From contig CM075994.1 of the NCBI GenBank assembly GCA_038087875.1, positions 6,822,001-6,886,000 on the forward strand: 64,000 bases of DNA, in the 5' to 3' direction. The translations under genes were made by a program, and so were the position numbers. Positions within the stretch are counted from its first letter, which is position 1, and every line of letters begins with the position of its first letter. This stretch comes from Malacoraja senta (lineage: Eukaryota). This document shows positions 40,599 through 53,209 of this stretch, one piece after another. The notes under the pieces are model-generated. The model saw only the letters and a list, made by a program, of their open reading frames with translations, did no database searches and was not told the origin of the DNA.

Positions 40599-41534
40599 TG
40601 CTTAACCTTAACCGCTGCCTCGACGATATAAAGTGCTGGATGGCCCAGAACTTCCTCCAACTAAACGAGAGTAAGTCTGAGGTCATCCTTCTCGGCCCCT
40701 CGGACTCAATCAAAATGATAGCAGGCAGCCTTGGAAGCCTTACCCCACTACTCAAACCTCACGTCAAAAACCTTGGCCTGATATTTGACTCAGCACTGAA
40801 ATTTGACAAACAAGTCAATGCCATGGTAAAAGCTAGCTTCTTCCAGCTTCGGACGATAGCTAAAATAAAACAGTTCCTCCAGTTTGATGACCTCGAAAAG
40901 ATCATCCACACATTTATCTCCTCCCGCCTAGATTACTGCAACTCCCTTTACACTGGCATCAGCCAATCTTCCCTGTCCCGCCTGCAACTGGTCCAAAACG
41001 CCGCAGCGAGACTCCTGACGGGCACCCGAAAAAGGGACCACATCACCCCGACCCTGGCCTCTCCACTGGCTCCCTGTACATTTCCGAATAAATTTCAAGA
41101 TCCTCCTTTATGTCTACAAAGCCCTCAATGGGCTTGCCCCCACCTACATTAAAAGTCTGCTCACTCACCACACCACCTCCAGGTCCCTCAGATTGGCCGA
41201 CTTGGGGTTACTGAACATCCCGCGGTCTAGGCATAAGCTCAGGGGCGACCGGCCTTTGCGGTTGCAGCTCCTAGACTGTGGAACAGCATCCCTCTTCCCA
41301 TCAGAACTGCCCCCTCCATCGACTCCTTTAAGTCAAGACTTAAAACTCATCTGTACTCCCAAGCCTTTCTTGACGTCCTCTGAGCGAGGGCTACATGTAT
41401 GTAGTGATGTTTGTATTTAATCTATGAACCACTGTTGTTTGTTATACTATTCTTATACCAATGTAATGCACTTTGGCCAACGAGAGTTGTTTTATAAATG
41501 TGCTATATAAATAAAAGTGACTTGACTTGACTTG
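40599..41534 (+). mobile_element. 5'-truncated L2-clade LINE (second family), present only in copy A
   Basis: ORF 40553..41152 reads WMAQNFLQLNESKSE...SRLDYCNSLY...LVQNAAARLL. Tail ...TGCTATATAAATAAAAGT(GACTT)n. 6-bp TSD ATAATC (40593-40598 / 41535-41540); single ATAATC in copy B. Confidence 0.93.
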
Positions 41535-42047
41535 ATAATCCGTGGCAATTAGGGAATCATGATGCCTTTCTGGGTCAGGGTGGGGTCTCACTCGGAGGGG
41601 AACCTACGGGTGGTGGTGTTCTCCTGAACCGGCACCCCTTGCATTTCCTGTTGGCCAAAGTTGTGGGTTTAGAAGATGTTGCTTAAGGTACCACCCCCCC
41701 CCCTCCCCACCCCAGTCCCACTCCACCCATATCACTACCTCCAGCTTTGGTATCCCTCCTCCACCCTGTTCCTTATCTGACGTATTTTTCTCTCCTTTTC
41801 ACCTCCAACCGCTTTTGTCACTTTCTCCACCCATCTACCCATCAACTACCTCTCCTCTCACCTGTATCCACCTATCACCCGAGAAAGATGCAAAATGCTG
41901 GAGTAGCTCAGCGGGACGGGCAGCGTCTCTGGAGGGAATGGAATGGGCGATGTTTCGGGTCGAGACCCTCCTTCAGACTGAGATTCGGGGGAGAGGGAGT
42001 CTAGAGATATGAAGGGGGTATGGTGTGAAAACACAGATCAAAGCGGA

Positions 42048-42330
42048 TCTTCTTCTTCTACCATCGGGCAGAAGGTACAGGAACCTGAAATCTGGTACAT
42101 CCAGGTTCAGGAACAGGTACTTCCCCACAGCCATCAGGCTATTAAACTCGCCAACAAACAGAATCTGAACTGTAACAGCCTATTACACTTTATCTACTTA
42201 TTTATGTATATATTGAACTGAACTGTTCTGTATTTTTGCTTACAATATTCTGTTGTGCTGCAGCAAGCAAGAATTTCATTGTCCTATCTGGGACACATGA
42301 CAATAAACTCTCTTGACTTGACTTGACTTC
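42048..42330 (+). mobile_element. Rex1/Babar-like 3' fragment (copy B ~51345-51625)
   Basis: LLPSGRRYRNLKSGTSRFRNRYFPTAIRLLN followed by GAATTTCATTGTCC...CATGACAATAAA and (CTTGA)n. Confidence 0.75.
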
Positions 42331-43116
42331 TTTTCGTGCCCATCTTGTGACAAATCTTGACCTCGCTGTCATCGTCCGTCCTGAAAAGGACGCAAGCTTC
42401 CGGCGACAATCAGTGGTGGCAGCAGAATTGGCTCAGGAAACTTCCAGTTTCCAGCCATCCAGCCATGTGGACATTTCTGCTGTGGGGCCATCGAAGCAGA
42501 TGCGGAGAAGGAAATGTAAGATAGACACAAAAATGCCGGAGTAACTCAGGCAGCTTCTCTGGAGAGAAGGAATGGGCACGTTTCGGGTCGAAGATCTTTC
42601 TTCAGTCAGGGGGATAGGGGAACAAGAGATATGGACGGTAATGTAGAGAGATACAGAACAAATGAATGAAAGATATGCAACAAAAAACCCCCCAGCACTT
42701 TGTGCTTTCTGTCTGTTTAAAACCTGCAGACTGAGAATGCAGACCTCGTCAGTTTGCAGCAATCCTCTCCTTAAACATGCCTTTAAGGCAGATAATGAAG
42801 CTACTCCAGTTTTACGGGTTTAATATGTTTGGACTTTTCTCTGATTCTCTACATCACCGTATATATCACTAGTTTCCATTTCCCCCTGACTCTCAGTCTG
42901 AAGAAGGGTCTCGTTCCGAAACGTCACCCATTCCTTCTCTCCACAGATGCTGCCTGACCCGCTGAGTTGCTCCAGCATTTTGTGTTCATCTGTGGAGGAG
43001 ATTGACGGACAAAGTTTTGATGGAGGACTGATCCGCCCTGACTAACGATCCCTACAAATGGTCAATTCCTGGTCAATTCGTCCCTTCCCACCCAAACCAC
43101 CCCCTCTCCGGGCACT

Positions 43117-44460
43117 CCCCACCTCTCTCTCCTCCCCCTCTCCATCTCGCACCCCCCTTCCCTCTCTACCCCACCCCCTTCCCTGTCCCCCCGCCCCTTC
43201 CCCTAACCCTCTGTCCTCTTCCACCACTCCCCCTACCCCCCTTCCCCATTCTTCCACTTCTCTCCCCCTTACCCAACCCCTCTCCCTCACCCTCCCCCAC
43301 CCTCTCTCTCCCCCTCCCCTCCACACTCTTCGTCCTCCCTCCCCTACCCTATCTCCCTCCTCCCCTCATCCCCATCCCTCTCCCCCTCCCCCACACCTCT
43401 CTCCCCATCCCTCTCTCCCCCCGTCCCCCACCCCTCTCTCCTTCCCCTCTCCATCTCCCTCTCCTCACCCTCTCCTCTCCTCCCCTTCTCCTCCCACCCC
43501 CATCCCTCTCTCCCCACCCCCTTCTCCCTCCACACTCTTCCCCCTGCCTCTCCTACCCCATCCCCCTAATCCCCTCCCTCCCCCTCCCTCCCCATCCCTC
43601 CCTCTCCCCCACACCTCTCTCTCCCTCCCCCATCCCTCTCTCCTCCCGTCCCTTCCCTCTCTCCTCCCCGCCCCCTTCCCTCTGTCCCTCATCCACCACT
43701 CCCCCTACCCTTCCCTCACCACTCTTCCACTTCTCTCCCACTTACCCCACCCTCTCTCTCCCTCCCCAATCCCTCTCTCTCCCCTCCCATAGAATGTTGG
43801 TGAACGTTCCATCGTGTGATGTCACAATGCCCAATGCTCACAGATGTCCAATCGGAATGGATCCATTTACATATGCCTTTGCAGCAGCCCCAGCCCCAGC
43901 CCCTCCCTCCACCCCACAGACTGTATCGAAGCTTGTCGTCACGTGTGTGGGAATAGAGAAAGAGGATTGGGGGGGTGATAGGGAATGGGGAACAGATGGA
44001 CTGTCCCTACCCCTCCCCCTTCCGCTCTCCCTCCCCACTATTTCCCCTCTCTTCCCACACCCCTCTCCCCCTCCCTCCACACTCTTCCATCTCCCTCCCC
44101 CACCCCATCTCACTCCTCCCTCCCTCCCCATCCCTCCCCCCTCCCCTCACACCTATCTCCCCTTCCCATCCCTCTCTCCCCCTCCCCATCCCTCTCTCCT
44201 CCCCCTCTCCATCTCCCTCTCCTCACCCTCTCCCTCTCCTCCTCCCACCCTATCCCTCTCTCCCCCACCCCCCTTTCCTCTCCCCCCTTCCCTCCCCCAC
44301 CCCCTTCCCTCTCTCCCCCACCCCTCCCCCCACCACCCTTCCGTCCCCCACCCCCTTCCCTCTCTCTCCCACCCCCCCTCCCCACTCTTCACCCTCCATC
44401 CACACTTCCCCCTCTACCCCCTACCCCTATCTCTGCTCTCTCTCTCTTTGATCTTTATTT
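43117..44460. repeat. C/T-rich low-complexity tract between the two duplication copies
   Basis: About 1.3 kb of strongly C-skewed sequence with internally repeated blocks and a short non-repetitive core at ~43790-44005. Confidence 0.9.
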
Positions 44461-47434
44461 TTTTCTCTGCTGTTTTTACGGAGTCTGTACGTTCTCCCCT
44501 TGACCTGCGTGGGTTTTCTCCGAGATCTTTGGTTTCCTCCCACACTCCCAAGACGTGCAGATTTGTACGTTAATTGGATTGGTGTAAATGACCCGAAACG
44601 TCACCCATTCCTTCTCTTCACAGATGCTGCCTGACCCGCTGAGTTACTCCAGCATTTTGTGTCTACCTTCAAAGAAAAGTAGAAATGAGTAAATAGCCCC
44701 ACCTAATGGTGGTGTTAGCAAGTGAGTTGCAGAACCAACTTCCATGGGGTATTTCATAGAATCATAGAGTCATAGAGTGATACAGTGGGGAAACAGATCC
44801 TTCGGCCCAACTTGCCCACACCGGTCAAAATGTCCCAGCTTCACTAGTTCCACCTGCCCGTGGTGGGTCCATATACCTCCAAACCTGTCCTATCCATGTA
44901 CCTGTCTTTTTCTTGAACGTTGGGATAGTCCCAGCCTCAACTGCCTCCTCTGGCAGCTCGTTCCATACACCCACCACCCTTTGTGTGGAAAAAGTTACCC
45001 CTCAGATTCCTATTAAATCTTTTCCCCGTCACCTTGAACCTATGTCCTCTGGTCCTCGATTCACCAACTCAGAGCAAGAGATTCTGTGCATCTACCCGAT
45101 CTAATCCTCTCATGATTTTATACACCTCTATATGATCCATTATAACATGTTATTTCCATTATAAATGTTATTATCCGCATGTGTACGTCAGAAAGCATCG
45201 GAAATACTTTTAATTTTGACTGTGAATTAAGTACATATGCAGGATTTTTAATATTACTGCTGATTGTCACCAATTGTATATTTTATTCACTAGATTTAGC
45301 CCAATTATGTGTTATTTATTTAGGGCGCCACGGTGGCGCAGCGGTAGAGTTGCTGCCTCACAGCGACAGAGACCCCGGTTCCATCCAAGGGTGCTGTCTG
45401 TACGGAGTCTACATACTCCCGTGATCTGCGTGGGTTTTCTCCGGGTGCTCCAGTTTCCTCCCACACTCCAAAGATGGCAATGGCGGCACGGTGGCGCAGC
45501 AGCAGTTGCTGCCTTACAGCACTTACAGCGCCAGCAACCCTCGTTCGATCCTGACCACGGGTTCTGTCTGCTTGGTGTTTGTACTTTCTCCCCGTGTCCA
45601 CGTGGGTTTTCTCCGAGATCTTCGGTTTCATCCCACACTCCAAAGACTTACAGGTTTGTTGGTTAATTGGCTTGGTATAAATGTAAATTGTCCCTAGTGT
45701 GTGCAGGATAGTGTTAGTGTGCGGGGATTGCTGGTCAGCGCGGACTCGGTGGGCCGAAGGGCTTGTTTCCACGCTGCATCTCTAAAGCCTAAAGTGTAAA
45801 AGAACAGCTATTTGCAATGCTGCAGGTTAATAATATTATTTACATGCTGTATTACAGGGCAGATGTCAAAATACATCAAAAACATGCCAAAAGTGAAAAT
45901 CAATTCATCCAACAACCTTATGCCAGGATTGCAGCACATTGAGACATATTTTGAAGATCGACAAGGAACTGCGAAATGAAATGAAACGAGCTAGCTTGTG
46001 CAAGGATTAAAACAAATCAACTTCTTTTTAGATCTACAGAAAGTAAACCTGAAATATTAATGTTGAATTCTGATGTTGTTGACAAGATTTCTCAAAATTT
46101 GTTAACATGTTGACCTTTTATTTTGCCTTTAAAAGGAAGCTCTCACAAGGAAGCCGATTGCCCGGTTAATGATTTATTGCTGGCAATTTTTCTACAAAAC
46201 AATAAAATTGATGCAGTATTGGCTGTTGCTTCTTTTTATGAACAGGTGCGACTGTGTGAGTAAAGGTTTAAAAATACATTTAAAATCTACTTACAAAACA
46301 TAATATAATGCAGATACCCTCTCCTCCCCTCCACACCCACCCCTCCGCCCTCCCCCCCATCTTCCACACCCACTCCATCCTTCCCTCTCAACCTCCTACC
46401 TCCCTATCAACCCCACTCCTATCCAGTTTCCTACCTCCCCGCCCTTCTTTTCACCCCCCTTCCCTCCCCTCCTACCCTCGCCCCTGCTCCCCTCCTCCTC
46501 CCCTTACCCCTCCCCCTAACTGGTCCAACCAATCTTCCAACCCCTTCACCATCTCGTCTGACAACAGACAATAGACAATAGGTGCATGAGTAGGCCATTT
46601 GGCCCTTCGATCCAGCACCGCCATTCAATGTGATCATGACTGATCATCCCCAATCAGTACCCCGTTCCTGCCTTCTCCCCATATCCCCGGACTCCGCTAT
46701 TTTTAAGAGCCCTATCTAGCTCTCTCTTGAAAGCATCCAGAGAACCGGCTTCAACTGCCCTCTGAGGCAGAGAATTCCACAGACTCACCACACTCTGTGA
46801 GAAAAAGTGTTTCCTCGTCTCCGTTCTAAATGGCTTACTCCTTATTCTTAACTCTTTGACGATTGTTAGGTGCTGGTGATAGGCACAACATGCTGGCGTA
46901 ACTCAGCGGGTCAGGCAACATCTCTGGAGACAAGGAATGGGTGACGTTTTGGGTCAGGACCCATCTTTAGACTGAGAGTCAGGGGAGAGGGAGACCCTGA
47001 GATAATGAAGTGTAAGGTGTGAAAATGGGACAAAGGGGATGGAGACCAAGGACAATGTAGAATAGATCATTGTTAGCTGGGAGAAGGTGACAACGAAGCA
47101 AACAGAAATAAAATGTTATGGGGACAGTCAGACTGGTCGGAGAACGGGGGATGGAGAGAGAGGGAAAGCAAAGATAGAGACGTTAATGTTCATACCGCTG
47201 GGGTGTAAGCTGCCCAAGCCAAATATGAGGTGCTGTTCCTCCAATTAGCGTTGGGTCCCACTCTGACAGTGGAGGAGGCCCAGGACAGAAAGTTCAGTGT
47301 GGGAATGGGAGGGGGAGTTAACGTGTTTGGCAACCGGGAGATCAGATAGGTTTAGGCAGACTGAGCGGAGGTGTTCAGCGAAACGATCGGCGAGCCTGCG
47401 CTTGGTCTCACCGATGTACAGGAGTCCACACCTG

Positions 47435-49175
47435 CAGGGCCGCCTTAAGCCAATTGGTCCCAATTGGGCCCCACGCCTGTAGGGAGCCCCGCGCTGGAGT
47501 AATCTACTCTCGGCTCGGGTAGATCTACCCCGGGTGGAGGGGGTGAGAGGGGGGGGGGGAGAGAGAGTTAGACGGGTGGAGGGGGAACAAAGGGGTAGAT
47601 GGGGAGGGGAGTGTGAGGGGGAATGGAGAAGGGGGAGGTGGGTCGTTCCCTCACGGTCTCGGGGCAGCGCTCCCGCCCCTCCAGTCGCCCTGCTTCAGGT
47701 ACACAGCCCCGGCTCCACCCCTCTCTCTCCCTGGGGAGACGCGGTGAACAATACAGGTAGAGCCGGGCCGGGGGTTGGAGCAACGTTTACAAACCTCGGC
47801 ATCAGCTCACACTCGTCCGCCCGGACCCCGGCATCCGCTCCCGCCGCCGGCCCTCTCCCACCCTTCTTCCCTCCCTCCCTTCCCTTCCTCCCTCCCTCCC
47901 TCCCTTCTCTCCTTCCCTCCCTCCTTCCTCTCTCTCTTTTCCCTTCTCTCCTTCCTTCCCTCACTTCTTTCTCTCCTTCCCTCCCTCCATTCTTTCTCTA
48001 CTTCCCACCCTCCCTTCTCTCCTTCCCTCCCTCCCTTCTTTCTCTCCTTCCTCTCTCACTTTCCCTTCTCTCCTTCCCTCCCTCCTTTCTCTCCTTCTCT
48101 CCCTCCATTCTTTCTCTACTTCCCTCCCTCCCTTCTCTCCTTCCTCCTTTCTCTCCTTCCCTCCCACACACACACACATCACGCACAGACAACTAACACA
48201 CACACACAGAACTAAGTTAGGATGGGGTAGAAGCCCAATGGGTAGGATGGGACTGAAGCCCAAAATTTAATGCTTGGACTGGTTTTTCGCCAATGGTTAT
48301 TGGTTTTCCAGGATCTAGTTAATTAAATAACTTTTTTTCATTTCACAGTCACTAAAACAAGTGATATTGTACTATGTGCTTTTCAAAGTACACATTTTGT
48401 TTGTTACTTGTAGGCTTTAGGGCCTGTCCCACTTGGGCGACCTAATCCACGAGTTCTGGAGAGTTTGCCCTCGACTCATACTCACAGCATGGTCGACATG
48501 AGGTCGTACGAGGTCTTCGAACTCTCCTTCATGCTTGAGAGTGGTCTCCACGTACTCGAGGCCTCAGCTAGGTCGCGACGTTTTTTTCAATATGTTAAAA
48601 AATGCCCGCGAGTAAAAAAAGGTCGCCTTGGAAAAAATCGATACTTTTTTACTCCTAGGTTTAGCCATAGTAGGTCAGGATGATAGTCGTAGGTAATCGA
48701 GGGTAGTCGTAGATAGTCTTCATCATAGTCGAAGGGAGGTCGAAGGAGATCGAAGGAGGTCGTCTTCACTCTCCGCTATTTGGTGTCCAATTTTCCCAAA
48801 GTTAGTCGTAGCTAGTCGAAGTGAGTCTTCAACATAGTCAAAGGAGGTCGAAGGAGGTCTTCTGCATAGTCGAAGGAGGTCTTCAACATGTCATTTTTAA
48901 AAACTCTTCTAAACTCGCCAATTAGGTCGCCCAAGTGGGACAGGCCCTTTACATGGCTGCAATTTTATATTAAAATGTAGCTTAGATCTGTTTAGTCCAT
49001 TATCTTGCATGCACTTTTTAAGCGCACATTATGATTACTTTCCATTCCTCCATAGAGATATAAAGTCTATAATAGACTTTATTTATGTTTCTATGATTCT
49101 ACAGACCTTGGCTGAGAACCTGGGGCTCACTAAAATTGTTCCCAATTGGGCCCTGCACCTCCTATGGCCGGCCCT
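47435..49175. mobile_element. hAT-type non-autonomous element (copy B) with both ends and TSD
   Basis: CAGGGCCGCCTTAAG ... CCTATGGCCGGCCCT flanked by a perfect 8-bp TSD CACACCTG (47427-47434 / 49176-49183). Confidence 0.88.
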
Positions 49176-50019
49176 CACACCTGGAACAGCGGATACAGTA
49201 GATGAGGTTGGAGGAGGTGCAGGTGAACCATGAAAGGCTGAGGCAGACAAAGCAACTGCTCGACATCCCCACCCAGTGGTGGAAGTAAGAAGCTGTAATC
49301 TGCTTTCATTTGTGGGATGTGGCCATTACTAAAACGTTTATTGTTTAGAGATACAGCATGGAAACAGGTCTGCCGAGTTCACTCCAAACATCAATATTGA
49401 ACTAGTTCACATTAGTTCTACGTTATCCCACTTTCGCATCCACTCCCTACACACTGGGAGCAATTTACAGCGGGACAATTAACCTCTAAACCCAAGATGG
49501 ACATAAAATGTTGGAGTAACTCAGCGGGACAAGCAGCTTCTCTGGAGGGTAGGAATGGGGCCTCAAAATTCCTCAAATGCCTCAAAACCCACATGTCTTT
49601 GGAGTGTGGGAGTAAACCGGAGCACCCAGAGAAAACCCACCCGGTCACAGGGAGAACCTACAAACTCCGTACAGACAGCCCCCATGGTCAGGATCGAACC
49701 CGGGTCTCTGGTGCTGTGAGGCAGCAACTCTACCGCTGCGCCACCGTGGCATCTGTTCCCTATCCCAGGTGGCAGCTGAGAAAGTGTTGGTGAGTCTCCT
49801 TCTAGAACTGCTGCAGTCTTAGTTTAGAGATACAGCTAGGAAACCGGCCCTTCAGCCCACCGAGTCGGTGCCGACCAGCGATCCCCGCACACTAACACTA
49901 TCCTACACACCAGGGACAATTTACATTTATACCTAGCCAATTAACCTAAACTTGTACGTCTTTGGAGTGTGGGAGGAAACCAGAACAAGCGGAGAAAACC
50001 CACGCAGGTCACGGGGAGA

Positions 50020-50676
50020 TTAGAGAGATTAGAGAGATTCCTTTATTTGTCATTCAGACCTTTCGGTCTGAACGAAATTTCGTTGCCTGCAGTCATACAT
50101 ATAATAATAAATGACAAAACACACAATAAACACAAATTAACATCCACCACAGTGAGTTCACCAGGCACCTCCTCACTGTGATGGAGGCAAAAGTCTTAAA
50201 GTCTCTGTCTCTTCCCGCTTTCTTCTCCCTCTGCGCTGAGGCGATCCAGGCTTCTGATGCTGTGACCCCGCCGGGCGACGGTAAGCCAGTCCAGCGGCCG
50301 AATCCGTGCTCCGCGACGGGCCGGCTCAAACTCCGCGGCCCGGGGTGGTCGAAGCTGCCGAAGCTGCCGCCCTCCAGTCCAGCGGACGCAGCTGTAGTTG
50401 CGGGAGCCCCAGAAAAACAGGTCACCAACCTGTGACCTGCGCGCTCCCGCCGATGTCGTCCACTGGGCCCGCGGCCGAGCCTCCGGATTCAGGTCGCCAC
50501 CAGTGTCCTCGGTCGCCACCGCCGGAACGCCACCGCAGCCCCGAAGCCGGCCAGCCTCGCGCTCCCGAAGATGTCGTCCACTGGGCCAGCTGCGGCCGAG
50601 CCTCGGGATTCAGGTCGCCACCAGTGTCCTCGGTCGCCACCGCCGGAACGCCACCGCAGCCCCGAAGTTGGCCAGC
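50020..50676 (-). mobile_element. GC-rich non-coding retroposon with Rex1-like 3' end, present only in copy B
   Basis: 5-bp TSD GGAGA (50015-50019 / 50677-50681) inside a SINE. Minus-strand 3' end ...AAATTTCGTTCAGACCGAAAGGTCTGAATGACAAATAAAGG(AATCTCTCT)n. Two ~120 bp tandem units at its 5' side. Confidence 0.75.
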
Positions 50677-52324
50677 GGAGAATGTGCAAACTCCGTACAG
50701 ACAGCACCCGTAGTCAGGATCGAACCCGGATCTCTGGGGTTGTAAGCGCTGTAAGGCAGCAACTCCACCGCTGCGCCACCATGTCACCCAGTCCTTCTGG
50801 AGCAGGTGCCCCCACGGCACTTTTTAGAACGGATTCCACGATTTATAATCCGTGGCAATTAGGGAATCATGATGCCTTTCTGGGTCAGGGTGGGCTCTCA
50901 CTCGGAGGGGAACCTACGGGTGGTGGTGTTCCCCTGAACCGGCACCCCTTGCAGTTCCTGTTGGCCAAAGTTGTGGGTTTAGAAGACGTTGCTTAAGGTA
51001 CCCATCCCCCTCCCCCTCCCCCCAGTCACACTCCACCCATATCACTACCTCCAGCTTTGCAACTCACTCCTCCACCCTCTTCCTTATCTGACGTCTTTTT
51101 CTCTCCTTTTCATCTCCAGCCTCTTTTGTCACTTTCTCCACCCATCTACCCATCAACTACCTCTCCTCTCACCTGTATCCACCTATCACTCGAGAAAGAC
51201 GCAAAATGCTGGAGTAGCTCAGCGGGACGGAATGGAATGGGCGATGTTTCGGGTCGAGACCCTCCTTCAGACTGAGAGTTAGATGAGAGAGAGTCTAGAT
51301 ATATGGAGGGGGTATGATGTGAAAATACAGATCAAAGCAGATCTTCTTCTTCTACCATCGGGCAGAAGGTACAGGAGCCTGAAATCTGTTACAACCAGGT
51401 TCAGGAACAGCTGCTTCCCCACAGCCATCAGGCTATTAAACTCGCCAACAAACAGACTCTGACCTGTAACAGCCTATTGCACGTTATCGGCATATTTATG
51501 TGTATATTGAACTGAACTGTTCTGTATTTTTGTTTCCAATATTCTGTTGTGCTGAAGCAAAGCAAGAATTTCATTGTCCTATCTGGGACACATGACAATA
51601 AACTCTCTTGACTTGACTTGACTTCTTTTCGTGTCCATCTTGTTACAAATCTTGACCTCGGTGTCATCGTCCGTCCTGAAAAGGACGCAAGCTTCTGTCG
51701 ACAACCAGTGGAAGCCAACACTTGTTGCAATAGATGATGGTGGCAGCAGAATTGGCTCAGGAAACTTCCAGTTTCCAGCCCCGCGACGTGGACATTTCTG
51801 CTGTGGGGCCATCGAAGCAGATGCGGAGAAGGAAATGTAAGATAGACACAAAAATGCCGGACTAACTCAGCGCGTCAGGCAGCTTCTCTGGAGAGAAGGA
51901 ATGGGCGACGTTTCGGGTCGAAGATCTTTCTTCAGACTGAGAGTCAGGGGGAGAGGGGAACAAGAGATATGGACGGTAATGTAGAGAGATACAGAACAAA
52001 TGAATGAAAGAAATGCAAAAAAAAAACAACCCAGCACTTTGTGCTTTCTGTCTGCAGACTGAGAATGCAGACCTCGTCAGTTTGACTGTGGTATGTTTGC
52101 AGCAATCCTCTCCTCAAACATGCCTTTAAGGCAGATAATGAAGCTACTCCAGTTTTACGGGTTTAATATGTTTGGACTTTTCTCTGATTCTCTACATCAC
52201 CGTATATATCACTCGTTTCCATTTCCCCTGACTCTCAGTCTGAAGAAGGGTCTCGTTCCGAAACGTCACCCATTCCTTCTCTCCACAGATGCTGCCTGAC
52301 CCGCTGAGTTGCTCCAGCATTTTG

Positions 52325-53088
52325 TGTTCACCTGTGGAGGAGATTGACGGACAAAGTTTTGCTGGAGTACTGATCCGCACCGACTAACGATCCCTACAAA
52401 TGGTCAGTTCCCTAGTCAATTCGTCCCTTCCCACCGAAACCACCCCCTCTCCGGACACTTTCCCTTGCAACCGCAAGAAATGCTACACTTGTCGCTTTAC
52501 CTCCCCCCTTGACTCCATTCAAGGACCCAAGGAGTATTTCCAGGTGCGGCAAAGGTTCACCTGCACCTCCTCCAACCTCATCTATTGCATCCGCTGCTCA
52601 ACATCGGTGAGACCAAGTGTAGGGTTGGCGATCGCTTCGCCGAACACCTCCGCTCGTTCCGCATTAACCAACCCGATCTCCCGGTGGCTCAGCACTTCAA
52701 CTCCCCCTCCCATTCCGAATCCGACCTTTCCGTCCTGGGCCTCCTCCATGGCCAGAGTGAGGCCCACCGCAAATTGAAGGAGCAGCAGCTCATATTTCGC
52801 TTGGGCAGTTTGCACCCCAGCGGTATGAACATTGACATCTCCAATTTCAGTTAGTCCTTACTCTCTCCTCCCCTTCTCTGCTCTCCCTCAGCCCACTGGC
52901 TCCACCTCTTCCCCCCCCCCCCCCCCACACCCTCACATCAGTCTGAAGAAGGGTTTCGAGCCGAAACGTTGCCTATTTCCTTCGCTCCATAGATGCTGCC
53001 TCATCCGCTGAGTTTCTCCAGCATTTTTGTATTCCTCCAACACTCTGTCTTTCGCTGAAGCCTCCAGCACCTACAGTTCCTCGGGTCC
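52325..53088 (+). mobile_element. Penelope-like retroelement: Cys-rich linker + GIY-YIG endonuclease fragment + terminal repeat
   Basis: ORFs 52400..52777 and 52585..52854: PCNRKKCYTC...FTCTSSNLIYCIRC / IGETKCRVGDRFAEHLRS...VAQHFN...H...E..LIFRLGSLHPSGMN-stop. Then CTGAAGAAGGGTTTCGAGCCGAAACGTT at 52943. Confidence 0.88.
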
Positions 53089-53142
53089 CCAGCCCGGTGT
53101 TGTCTCATCAAAAACAGCTCAACGCAATTGGAGGCAAGCAGA

Positions 53143-53209
53143 ATGCGGTTTCCAAAAGCCACAGTGGCGAGCGCTCTCAATCTTTTAGCTTACATCTGCT
53201 CTTCTGAAG
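53143..53209 (+). CDS. Gene B (IgSF receptor) signal-peptide exon
   Basis: ATG at 53143 (context AGAATG), MRFPKATVASALNLLAYICSSE, strong donor GAAG|GTGAGT, phase 1, in frame with the V exon. Confidence 0.75.

Larger units (their letters stand above)
33848..43116 (+). repeat. Tandem segmental duplication, copy A
   Basis: Colinear near-identity with 44468-52459 in unique sequence as well as repeats (e.g. 35161-35670 vs 45797-46307). Offset 10,620 at the left end. Confidence 0.95.
44468..52459 (+). repeat. Tandem segmental duplication, copy B
   Basis: Same order of elements as copy A. It lacks the two L2 insertions, has an extra insertion at 50020-50676, and retains ~49161-49492, which is deleted in A. 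Confidence 0.95.

Noticed and set aside
43042..44573. Pro/Ser/Leu- and Gly/Arg/Glu-rich ORFs (also 13607-14272, 36938-37768, 47534-48263)
   Set aside because: Stop-free low-complexity purine/pyrimidine tracts; no domain signal or splice structure.
50093..50996. Several overlapping 100-140 aa ORFs
   Set aside because: They result from the high GC content and tandem units of the inserted retroposon, and they cross its boundaries.
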